A stretch of 32,000 bases of DNA from Erysipelotrichaceae bacterium (lineage in GTDB: Bacteria; Bacillota_I; Bacilli_A; Erysipelotrichales; Erysipelotrichaceae), in assembly GCA_030604855.1 (NCBI GenBank), contig JAUVVC010000003.1, positions 1-32,000 of the forward strand, written 5' to 3'. The notes below the pieces were generated by a model that made no database searches, had not been told where the DNA came from, and saw only the letters and a program-made list of their open reading frames with translations. This document shows, piece after piece, positions 17,226 to 25,373 of this stretch; position 1 is the first letter of the stretch, and every line of letters starts with the position of its first letter. Both the position numbers and the translations under genes were made by a program.

Positions 17226-19304
17226 ATGCATGAAATAATTGAACTGGATACGAGAGCTCAGAATATCTTGACGTTGTTGATGAATGCGCAGGATTTTATC
17301 AGCAATCAGCATATGGTTGCGATGCTCAATGTATCAAAGCGATCGATTTATTACGATCTGAACAAAATCAATGATGTACTTAAAGAACTCAAGTGCCAAG
17401 AAGTTCATGTTGAACGTGGAAAAGGTTTTTATTTAAGCGATGAGCAAAAGAACGTTTTACGTCGTTATTTAGACAAGACAAAAATCAAAACATTCTATCA
17501 GTACTCACCCAATGAGCGCATCAGCATCATCATCTGCGCTTTGATTGGATACGATACAATCCTGACCATTGAACAGCTCATGGATTTTTGCCATGTTTCT
17601 AGAAATACGATTATTTCTGATCTTAAAATTGCAAAAAATGAACTTGAAAATTATGAACTGAATTTAAGCTCGATTCGGTATACAGGTTATATCGTAAAAG
17701 GCGATTCGCTTAAAAGAAGAGCAGTCTTCTTTTATCATTTCAATTTAATCAGTCCATTGTATAAAAAAGGGCATTTACATTTCATAAAACCTGACCTCGT
17801 GATTCACTATTTCGATCGATTGAAACTCATCGAGCATAAGTTGGAAACACGATATGTCGAAGGCACCCTCCAAGGTTTAGCTGTACTTCTGTCACTGAAA
17901 GATCATAACCATCCCAGTGTTTCGTTCAAAGGTTATGAGATCACACAGATCGTAAAGACAAAGGAGTTCAATGTAATAAAAAAGATGTTTCCGGAGTTGG
18001 ATCGTCCCGAAATCATCTATATCAGTTTGCATCTATTGGGAAGCCGCATTCAGATTGTCCCAGAGTTTACGATTGCGAACAAGCAGGACGAGGAACTCTT
18101 TACTTTATCAAAATCAGTGATCAATGAATTTGAACGTATCGCTTGCATCGAGTTTAGTGATCGTGACGCGGTTCAGAAGTCTATTTTTGCTCATATTAAA
18201 ACATCGATTTACAGGTATCGTTATGGCATTCAAATTGATAATCCAATCACCAAACAGATATCGACAAACTATCCAGAGCTCTATGAAGTCACGCGAAGAG
18301 TCGCTGGACAAATCAGTCGAACATTGGGTGTTCCATTACCAGACAGTGAAATTGCGTATTTGACGCTTCATTTCGGAGGTCATCTCGAGGCAGCACAACA
18401 GCGTGACGCAAAAATCAATGCGATCTTATTCTGTCAGGATGGGATCTCAACGATAAAACTTCTTCAAAAAGAAATCGAAAACTTGATTCCAAACATCGAG
18501 TTGAGGCTTGTTTCAAATTATGAAGAGCTCCAAAGCCTTCAGTATAACTGTGACATCGTAATCAGTACTGAGGATTTGCTCATCACATGTCCAGTTTTGA
18601 GGATCAGCCCAATACTTAAGGATGAAGATAAGACGATGCTCGTATCGAATCTTTCGCGAAGCATCGCATCCAACTTGAATCAATCGATGTGGGATGGTCT
18701 ATTTAAGATCATCAGTCAATATGTGAGTCCTACGAGCCAAACAAAGCTTAAAAGTGATTTCTTTCGTTACATCAAAGAACGTAGTTTTGATCAGAAGTTG
18801 AATAAAATCAGTATCAATCCTTCAATCTTAGAAGTGTTGTCACCTTACAATATTACCCTTCATGATAAAGAAGTGGATTGGAAAGAGAGCATTCGACTGA
18901 GTTCAAGCTCGCTACTCAGTGAAAGCAAGATTTCTGATAGTTATGTCGAGACCATGTTGTCCAATATTGTGAATAATGGTCCGTACATCTACTTTGAACC
19001 AGGGCTGGCCATAGCGCATTCAAGACCCGAAGACGGCGTATTTCAACTCGGACTCTCGATGGGTGTCTTTAGTAAAGGTGTGTCATTTAACGACGAACTG
19101 ATTGCAAATATCGTTTTGGTGCTTGCGCCGATTGATCAGAAAACACATCTCCGTTTGTTAAAGGAGATCATGGATATTTTCTCCACAAGGAAGTACTTTG
19201 ATCAGATCATTCGTGCAAAGTCATCTCCGGATGTCTATGACATCATGGTTCAAGCACTCGATGAGGTAAAGACTGAAGATAGTTATTGTTATAGTGAGAA
19301 TTGA
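17226..19304 (+). CDS. PRD-domain transcriptional regulator with N-terminal HTH and C-terminal EIIB-like/EIIA-like domains (MtlR/LicR/ManR class)
   Basis: About 692 aa. HTH-like MVAMLNVSKRSIYYDLNKI and a second MDFCHVSRNTIISDLKI. PRD-type YISLHLLG and YLTLHFGG. EIIB-like ILFCQDGISTI. EIIA-like GLAIAHSRPEDGV. Start at ATG 17226, after GGAG. Confidence 0.85.
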   Translation: MHEIIELDTRAQNILTLLMNAQDFISNQHMVAMLNVSKRSIYYDLNKINDVLKELKCQEVHVERGKGFYLSDEQKNVLRRYLDKTKIKTFYQYSPNERISIIICALIGYDTILTIEQLMDFCHVSRNTIISDLKIAKNELENYELNLSSIRYTGYIVKGDSLKRRAVFFYHFNLISPLYKKGHLHFIKPDLVIHYFDRLKLIEHKLETRYVEGTLQGLAVLLSLKDHNHPSVSFKGYEITQIVKTKEFNVIKKMFPELDRPEIIYISLHLLGSRIQIVPEFTIANKQDEELFTLSKSVINEFERIACIEFSDRDAVQKSIFAHIKTSIYRYRYGIQIDNPITKQISTNYPELYEVTRRVAGQISRTLGVPLPDSEIAYLTLHFGGHLEAAQQRDAKINAILFCQDGISTIKLLQKEIENLIPNIELRLVSNYEELQSLQYNCDIVISTEDLLITCPVLRISPILKDEDKTMLVSNLSRSIASNLNQSMWDGLFKIISQYVSPTSQTKLKSDFFRYIKERSFDQKLNKISINPSILEVLSPYNITLHDKEVDWKESIRLSSSSLLSESKISDSYVETMLSNIVNNGPYIYFEPGLAIAHSRPEDGVFQLGLSMGVFSKGVSFNDELIANIVLVLAPIDQKTHLRLLKEIMDIFSTRKYFDQIIRAKSSPDVYDIMVQALDEVKTEDSYCYSEN

Positions 19305-19354
19305 ACTCAAGTTTCATGTAATATACCCTTTGTTTTCTAGCTTAATTAATGAAG

Positions 19355-19390
19355 AACCAGTTTCAGTTAAATTTGAAGCCTGGTTTTTTT
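19355..19390 (+). terminator. Rho-independent terminator after the PRD regulator gene
   Basis: AACCAG..TTCA / TGAA..CTGGTT interrupted stem, followed by T7 (19384-19390). Confidence 0.6.
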
Positions 19391-19512
19391 ATATTTTGAG
19401 ATATGAATATAATTGAAGTCGATTTCAAGATTCATGGGGAGAATTTTGATAAACTTAAAACAAGGAGAAGTCCATATGAATAAAAATAAGATTAAACCTA
19501 ACAAAAAATATC

Positions 19513-19541
19513 TTGCGCATCTCAACTTGTATGGTTATAAT
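19513..19541 (+). promoter_or_regulatory. Putative sigma-A promoter of the GntR / PTS-Man operon
   Basis: TTGCGC (19513-19518), 17-nt spacer, TATAAT (19536-19541). Bracketed by the 8-bp inverted repeat AACTTGTA (19524) / TACAAGTT (19557). Confidence 0.4.
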
Positions 19542-19593
19542 GATGTTAGGTTGTCCGTACAAGTTACGCTGATTCTGTTGGAGGAGGTTATTT

Positions 19594-20319
19594 ATGTTTG
19601 AAAATAGAAAAGCCCTCTACATTTCAGTCATTGAAACGATTAATAGTTATATCAAGAATAACAACCTAAAACCAGGCGATCAGATTCCTTCAGAACCTGA
19701 ACTTTGTCGCTTATTGAATGTTTCGAGAGCTACCGTACGCATGGCTATGCAGGAGTTGGTCAATGCAGGGGTATTGGAGAAAGTTCAAGGGAAGGGTACG
19801 TTTGTCAAACCGCCTTCAACATCAATTGATATCAATAAGTTTCTGAGTTTCTCAACTTTGGCGAAGACGATCGGATGTAAACATCGATCTGTCGTCTCGA
19901 GATTCGAGAAGTTAGATAATCCACCTTCGGATGTACTGACTGAACTGAATATTGAGCAAGGTGAAAGTGTTTGGTTCATTCAACGTCAGCGTTATCTCGA
20001 TGATGAACCCGCTTTGTTTGAAGAAACGTATATTCCATACAAATTTTTTAAGAATCTTGATGGAAAGCGACTCACGACAGAAAGTATCTATGATGTTTTT
20101 GAAGATTATGGGTTTCATTATTTAACAGGTAAGGAACGGATCATCCCTATCTCGTTAACGGACGAAGTTGCAGAATTCTTTAAAGTTGATGCAGGGGAGC
20201 CTGCCATTGTTCTGATAAAGACTATGAAGAATTACAATCAGGCTGTCGAATATACAAGAGGTATCTTCAAGAATGGCAAGTTTGAACTATCAGCCACTAT
20301 TGTGAAGATCAATCTATAA
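19594..20319 (+). CDS. GntR-family transcriptional regulator, HutC subfamily (wHTH + UTRA)
   Basis: IPSEPELCRLLNVSRATVRMAMQELVNAGVLEKVQGKGTFV is a canonical GntR wHTH. The ~160-aa C-terminal effector domain is of UTRA length. SD GGAGGAGG. Confidence 0.9.
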   Translation: MFENRKALYISVIETINSYIKNNNLKPGDQIPSEPELCRLLNVSRATVRMAMQELVNAGVLEKVQGKGTFVKPPSTSIDINKFLSFSTLAKTIGCKHRSVVSRFEKLDNPPSDVLTELNIEQGESVWFIQRQRYLDDEPALFEETYIPYKFFKNLDGKRLTTESIYDVFEDYGFHYLTGKERIIPISLTDEVAEFFKVDAGEPAIVLIKTMKNYNQAVEYTRGIFKNGKFELSATIVKINL

Positions 20320-20329
20320 AGGAGCCATT

Positions 20330-20797
20330 ATGCCAAACATATTACTCGGAAGAATCGATAATAGACTCGTACATGGACAAGTCGGTGTCACTTGGACAAA
20401 AACTATCGGATGTAATCTTATTGTCGTTGTGGATGACGAACTGGTTAATGATAAGTTGCAACAAGACCTCATGGCAATCACTGCGGACAACGCAGGGGTA
20501 CAAATCCGCTTTTTCACAGTTCAGAAAACAATCGATATTATTCATAAGGCTTCAGATGCTCAGAAAATATTCATAGTGACTAAAACACCTCATGAAATGC
20601 TAAAACTCATTGAAGGCAATGTTCCCATTACAAAAGTTAATGTGGGAAATATGCACTTCTCTCCAGGCAAAAAACAACTTTCTAAGAAAGTCTATGTCGA
20701 TGATGCGGAGTTGAATAGTTTACGTAAGATTAAATCTTTAGGGGTTGATATCTTTATTCAAGATATCCCAGGAGATAGTAGAGAATCTATCGAATAG
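20330..20797 (+). CDS. PTS EIIB component, mannose/sorbose family
   Basis: MPNILLGRIDNRLVHGQVGVTW is the hallmark N-terminus with the phospho-His. 155 aa and stand-alone, not fused to IIA. Confidence 0.9.
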   Translation: MPNILLGRIDNRLVHGQVGVTWTKTIGCNLIVVVDDELVNDKLQQDLMAITADNAGVQIRFFTVQKTIDIIHKASDAQKIFIVTKTPHEMLKLIEGNVPITKVNVGNMHFSPGKKQLSKKVYVDDAELNSLRKIKSLGVDIFIQDIPGDSRESIE

Positions 20798-20813
20798 GTG
20801 AAAGGAGAGAAAG

Positions 20814-21590
20814 ATGCAAATCACACTTGTTCAAGGTATTTTATTAGCATTGGCATGTATCGTGATTGGTGTCGACTACTGGTTGGAAGCCTTCTTCATT
20901 TTTAGGCCAATCATCGTCGCATCGATTACAGGACTAATTTTAGGCGATCTAAAATTAGGCTTAGTTGCCGGGGGGTTAACTGAGCTCGCTTTCGCAGGGT
21001 TGACACCTGCAGGGGGGACACAACCACCAAACCCAATTTTGGCTGGGGTCATGACGGTTGTCATTGCGCACACGACGAACACAAGTCCTGCTCTCGCAAT
21101 CGGCTTGGCACTTCCATTCAGTATTCTAATGCAGTATGTCATTCTATTCTTCTATTCCTCATTCTCCATGTTTATGGCAAGAGCAGATCATTATGCTGAA
21201 AATGCAGATGCGAAAGCGTTGACACAGCTCAACTATCTGACCACTGCAATCGTTGCAGTCTCATATGGTGTCATCGTCTTCTTGTCAGCGTATGCTGCTC
21301 AAGACTTATTAAAGTCATTGATCGATATTCTTCCAATTTGGTTCATCCATGGATTGGAAATTGCTGGTGGTATCTTGCCTGCTGTCGGTTTCGCAATGTT
21401 GTTGAATGTCATGTTGAAGTTACAATACATCCCATTCTTTATTGTTGGTTTCTTCTTGATTACATATCTACCGATCGCAAATTTGTTGCCAGTTGCAGTA
21501 GTCGGTTTAGGTTTGGGTATGTACGATTACTTCTTTGTTAAATCGGATGACGAGAAAGCGAAAGGCGGTGTCCAAAATGACGGTATCTAA
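20814..21590 (+). CDS. PTS EIIC component, mannose/sorbose family
   Basis: 258 aa polytopic protein. GLTELAFAGLTPAGGTQPPNP is the family's conserved loop. SD AAAGGAGAG. Confidence 0.9.
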   Translation: MQITLVQGILLALACIVIGVDYWLEAFFIFRPIIVASITGLILGDLKLGLVAGGLTELAFAGLTPAGGTQPPNPILAGVMTVVIAHTTNTSPALAIGLALPFSILMQYVILFFYSSFSMFMARADHYAENADAKALTQLNYLTTAIVAVSYGVIVFLSAYAAQDLLKSLIDILPIWFIHGLEIAGGILPAVGFAMLLNVMLKLQYIPFFIVGFFLITYLPIANLLPVAVVGLGLGMYDYFFVKSDDEKAKGGVQNDGI

Positions 21591-22377
21591 TAAAGTTCTA
21601 ACGAAAAAAGACATTTCGGATATGGCGTATCGTTCTGTCTTCTTGCAAGCATCATTTAACTATGAACGTATGCAAGCGGGTGGATGGACTGTCGCGATGC
21701 TTCCAGCGCTCGAAAAAATCTATAAGGATGATAAAGAAGGTTTAGCTGCTGCGATGACTGATAACATGCAGTTCATCAATACGCATCCAACATTGGTTCC
21801 TTTCTTGATGACCTTGTTATTGTCTCTAGAAGAAAATGGATCCGATCGCACACTCATCAAAGGGATCAAAGTAGGTTTATTCGGTCCTTTAGCGGGTATT
21901 GGAGATGCAATCTTCTGGTTTACTGTATTGCCGATTATGGCAGGTATCAGTTCATCCTTCGCTCTAGAAGGAAATGTATTGGGACCAATCATCTTCTTCG
22001 CAGTTTATGTTGGAATCTTCATCATGCGTTTCCCATTGGCTCGTGCAGGCTATGAACTTGGTACGACGGCATTGGATTCATTGCGCGAAAGTTCAAAGAA
22101 ACTTTCAAGAGCGGCTACAATCTTAGGAACAACCGTTATCGGTGCCTTGGCTGCGGCTTATGTACACATTACCCTGCTTCCTACCATTGAATTAAATGAC
22201 GGCATAACCATTTCGATTCAAGAAGCATTCATCGATAAGATTTTCCCAAATCTTCTCCCTTTAGCCTATGTATTCACAATGTTCTATTTTATAAGAGTTC
22301 GAAAAGTAAGTCCTACTGTTTTGATTCTTGTAACGATTGTGCTTACGATTGTCTTATCGTTTTTGGGAATCTTATAA
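21577..22377 (+). CDS. PTS EIID component, mannose/sorbose family
   Basis: LTKKDISDMAYRSVFLQASFNYERMQAGGW is the typical IID N-terminus. Start at ATG 21577 (SD AAAGGCGG), overlapping the IIC end by 14 nt. Confidence 0.9.
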   Translation: MTVSNKVLTKKDISDMAYRSVFLQASFNYERMQAGGWTVAMLPALEKIYKDDKEGLAAAMTDNMQFINTHPTLVPFLMTLLLSLEENGSDRTLIKGIKVGLFGPLAGIGDAIFWFTVLPIMAGISSSFALEGNVLGPIIFFAVYVGIFIMRFPLARAGYELGTTALDSLRESSKKLSRAATILGTTVIGALAAAYVHITLLPTIELNDGITISIQEAFIDKIFPNLLPLAYVFTMFYFIRVRKVSPTVLILVTIVLTIVLSFLGIL

Positions 22378-22380
22378 GCA

Positions 22381-22420
22381 AAAAAAGGACAAGGTAATGC
22401 CTATATCTTGTCCTTTTTTT
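22381..22420 (+). terminator. Strong rho-independent terminator between the IID and SIS genes
   Basis: AAAGGACAAG (22384-22393) / CTTGTCCTTT (22407-22416), with the T-run extending to 22420. It sits only 17 nt upstream of the SIS start codon. Confidence 0.8.
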
Positions 22421-22437
22421 ATTGGAAAGGAACATAA

Positions 22438-23493
22438 ATGAAAAAGCATACAGACTACTACATGTATCAAGAGATTCATCAACAAGCTCAGAACGTTCGA
22501 GATGTGTTGAGAGAGAATCATGAATTATTCGTGGAAATCGCTGAGATAGTTAAGACGAGAAAAATTGAGGAGATTCTTCTAATTGGGAGAGGGTCAAGTG
22601 AACATGCTTGTTTGATCGCAAAGTACCTTGGTGAAATCCATTCAAGCATGAGAATCAATCTTGCATTGCCTTCCATCATCACGATCTATAAGGGCAAGGT
22701 AGATCACTCAAAATCACTTTGTATCGCTGTCTCACAATCAGGTGGAGCTGAAGATGTTGCTGAGGTATTGGAACACTTTAAGAAACAAGGAGCACTTACG
22801 GTTACCTTGACGAATGTAGAGGGATCGATGCTTTCCACAAAAGGGCATATCAACTTGAACAATCGATGTGGCATTGAATATGGTGTTACCGCTACGAAAT
22901 CCTTTACCACACAAGTCGTGAATTTAATGGCTATCATCGCATATGCGACAATGAATGATTATCTACTTGAATCGTTGAAGAGAATCGATCATTCTATCGA
23001 ATACGCTTTACAACGTGAAAGCCAAATCGAAAAGTATGTACCAATCTTTAGTAAAACGGATCACATGCTCATTTTTGCAAGAGGATTACACTTTGCGATG
23101 GGGCAGGAAATTGAACTGAAGATACAGGAAACCTGCACAATGGATGCAAGATCCTATGCAAGCAGCGACTACTGGCATGGTCCAATCGTAGTTGCGAATA
23201 AATTAAAATATCCAGCTCTATTTTATATTGCAGACAAAGATACGAATTTCTGCCCGACAAATCTCCTTGATAGAATGTATGTGAACAACAAAGAGAAAGT
23301 GGTTGTACTTACGAATAAGGTGGAACTTACTTCAAAATACCCATCCATATATATCGATGAAATGTTTGATGCGACACAGACCATGTTTATAAATCTTGTT
23401 TTATCCCAATTCTTGGCTTTTTTCTGTTCGATAGAAAGAGGGTATAATCCAGATATACCAGAGGGTGTGACGAAGAATACGGTGACACACTAA
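22438..23493 (+). CDS. Double-SIS-domain sugar-phosphate isomerase/deaminase or deglycase (AgaS / FrlB / GlmS C-terminal-like)
   Basis: 351 aa. GRGSSEHA and VSQSGGAEDV (SIS phosphosugar-binding loop) in the first half, with a second SIS-like half. SD GGAAAGG. Confidence 0.85.
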   Translation: MKKHTDYYMYQEIHQQAQNVRDVLRENHELFVEIAEIVKTRKIEEILLIGRGSSEHACLIAKYLGEIHSSMRINLALPSIITIYKGKVDHSKSLCIAVSQSGGAEDVAEVLEHFKKQGALTVTLTNVEGSMLSTKGHINLNNRCGIEYGVTATKSFTTQVVNLMAIIAYATMNDYLLESLKRIDHSIEYALQRESQIEKYVPIFSKTDHMLIFARGLHFAMGQEIELKIQETCTMDARSYASSDYWHGPIVVANKLKYPALFYIADKDTNFCPTNLLDRMYVNNKEKVVVLTNKVELTSKYPSIYIDEMFDATQTMFINLVLSQFLAFFCSIERGYNPDIPEGVTKNTVTH

Positions 23494-23520
23494 GAAGAAT
23501 GGAGCGATAAAAACATGAGC

Positions 23521-23557
23521 AAAGGATTGTCGAAGTATGGACAGTCCTTTGTGTTTT
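23521..23557 (+). terminator. Rho-independent terminator after the SIS gene
   Basis: AAAGGATTGTC / GACAGTCCTTT (one G-U pair), 8-nt loop, followed by GTGTTTT. Confidence 0.6.
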
Positions 23558-23768
23558 GACATAAGTATCGCATTTAAAAAATCGGATATACCTGAAGGGG
23601 TGATGGTCATGAGATTTGTGTCTCGATCATAGATGTTCAGATGGTCAAATGGATGCTGTGTTAACCTTGTATAGAGCCTGTTCTTAACATCTTACTAAAT
23701 CATTATTATTCTTTTTAAGAAACAAACCCATCCTCACTTTATTGATGATGTGGACTTTATGACATAGT

Positions 23769-23796
23769 AAAAAGCTCCATTTTTGAACGGAGCTTT
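23769..23796 (-). terminator. Rho-independent terminator of the minus-strand M20-GntR-GntR operon
   Basis: On the minus strand: AAAGCTCC, loop gttcaaaaat, GGAGCTTTTT. It lies 23 nt past the stop at 23819. Confidence 0.55.
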
Positions 23797-23818
23797 AGAT
23801 GCTGGATATTTGTTTGGA

Positions 23819-24565
23819 TTATAAACTAAAATCAGAACTTACCTTGAACTTAAAGAAATGCGCGCAGACCCAAATATTAGAGTACTCCACCTGCGACCCA
23901 GCTTCATTATAAATCTGTGAAATGATATGGATCGCAGGACTGCCCTCCGCTTGGTCCAATATGTTCGCAACTTCCTTATTCATTGATTCAATCGTAAAGT
24001 GGCGTTTGATGGCGTAATTGCCTGGATACTTCTCAAATATGTAAGGATAGATCTGGAAATTCGTGTAATTGAGATCCTCCATGCCAGGGAAATGTTTAGT
24101 GGAGAGATAATTATCCAGATACGAAATCTTATGATCATTCCCAAGATACAGACGTGAAAACTTCACCAACTTGTCATCTTCATCGAAACGATGATCAATC
24201 TTCTTGAAATCCTTAAGCTTTACAATCCCCTGATCAATGTCTTGTATATTCGGAGTCAGACCAATATTCGAAATTCCATCGATCAAAGCTTTCAATGAAA
24301 TCCCGTGATTGACAGGGAGAATGCTTTGGCGTACCTGATATCCTTTTGGTTCCAAGACAAGAAACTTCTCCTTAACCAACACATCATAGGCATATTGGAC
24401 ATCCTCTATACTCACATCCAAGCTCTTTGCCATATCCTTGATGCTCGGCATGACATAATCTTCGGGCAAGGTCCGAACCATGATCACGGAATAAAGGGCT
24501 TGCTTGAGCTGTTCCTGGATGCTTTGATTGCGACGCTTATCAATTGAAATGTACTTCTCGATCAT
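23819..24565 (-). CDS. GntR/HutC-like protein with a divergent (acidic) recognition helix
   Basis: 248 aa. MPSIKDMAKSLDVSIEDVQYAYDVLVKEKFLVLEPKGYQV keeps the GntR wHTH spacing but replaces the SR-TVR positions with SIEDVQ. UTRA-length C-terminus. ATGA overlap with the upstream paralog. Confidence 0.75.
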   Translation of the reverse strand: MIEKYISIDKRRNQSIQEQLKQALYSVIMVRTLPEDYVMPSIKDMAKSLDVSIEDVQYAYDVLVKEKFLVLEPKGYQVRQSILPVNHGISLKALIDGISNIGLTPNIQDIDQGIVKLKDFKKIDHRFDEDDKLVKFSRLYLGNDHKISYLDNYLSTKHFPGMEDLNYTNFQIYPYIFEKYPGNYAIKRHFTIESMNKEVANILDQAEGSPAIHIISQIYNEAGSQVEYSNIWVCAHFFKFKVSSDFSL

Positions 24566-25308
24566 GACTGAATCCTCATCTCTTTCTCCAAGATGTTGGT
24601 GCTGCCATTGATCACCACGGAACTAAAGAGTTTGAGATTGTCCTCCTTATCCAGGTATGAGATGAAATAATGGAAGACCGACGCATCCTGTGTCAGTCCT
24701 AAAGACTTGGCGTAGATGTCACGTACCTTTTCGCCTCGATATAAGGCATCGATTTTTGCAATTCTAAGCTGTAAGATCTTATCGATCGCCATCAAACTGT
24801 CATCACTGTTGATGATGGTCTCGGCTTGATACAGATTCACATTCTGAGGAATGAAGTACTCAACCAAGGCAAAAGGCATGTGATTGATTTGAACCAACTG
24901 CGTGATCCGTAAGACGGACTTCCCATAGGCCTTTAAGGCATCGGGATACTGATTGTTTTCAACTTGAATCGTCTCAACCAAAAGATTTCGCTGACTGTAG
25001 ACATAACCCTTGCGCTCCAACATGCGTTTCAGATAGGCGACCTCATGATCGTCATAAACCAAGATAGGACGCTTGGACACAAAGGTGCCACGACGTTTGA
25101 TGCGTACAATCAACCCTTCATTGGCTAAAGCTTCATAAGCCATTCGCACCGCGATCCGACTGACGTTGTAAAATTCTGCGATCTCCTCTTCATAGGGTAA
25201 GGCGGCGTTGTTTTCGAGCTCGCCATTCAAAATGGCGGTTCGAATGCTTTGGTGAATCTGTTTATAGAGTGGCATTCTTAGCTCTTTGTTCAGATAGATG
25301 TAATTCAT
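24562..25308 (-). CDS. GntR-family transcriptional regulator, HutC subfamily
   Basis: 248 aa. PLYKQIHQSIRTAILNGEL...LPYEEEIAEFYNVSRIAVRMAYEALANEGLIVRIKRRGTFV is canonical. UTRA-length C-terminus. Confidence 0.85.
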   Translation of the reverse strand: MNYIYLNKELRMPLYKQIHQSIRTAILNGELENNAALPYEEEIAEFYNVSRIAVRMAYEALANEGLIVRIKRRGTFVSKRPILVYDDHEVAYLKRMLERKGYVYSQRNLLVETIQVENNQYPDALKAYGKSVLRITQLVQINHMPFALVEYFIPQNVNLYQAETIINSDDSLMAIDKILQLRIAKIDALYRGEKVRDIYAKSLGLTQDASVFHYFISYLDKEDNLKLFSSVVINGSTNILEKEMRIQS

Positions 25309-25373
25309 AATTTCATTATAGAACCAAATGCAATGAATTTATATAGATAAAGATATAATTGGCACTTTATGTA

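Noticed and set aside
23515-23559. 14-codon ORF (MSKGLSKYGQSFVF) after the SIS gene, with GGAG 9 nt upstream.
   Set aside because: It coincides exactly with the arms of the predicted terminator hairpin, so the reading frame is most simply a by-product of the stem sequence.
23737-23749. The 13-nt string CTTTATTGATGAT here is identical to the reverse complement of positions 1-13 of the window, next to CCTCAC/GTGGAC motifs. This hinted at a small dispersed repeat (REP-like).
   Set aside because: By my rough estimate, some 13-mer matches within 32 kb on two strands are expected by chance in AT-rich DNA. The flanking stem sequences are not in the same orientation. Only two copies are visible.
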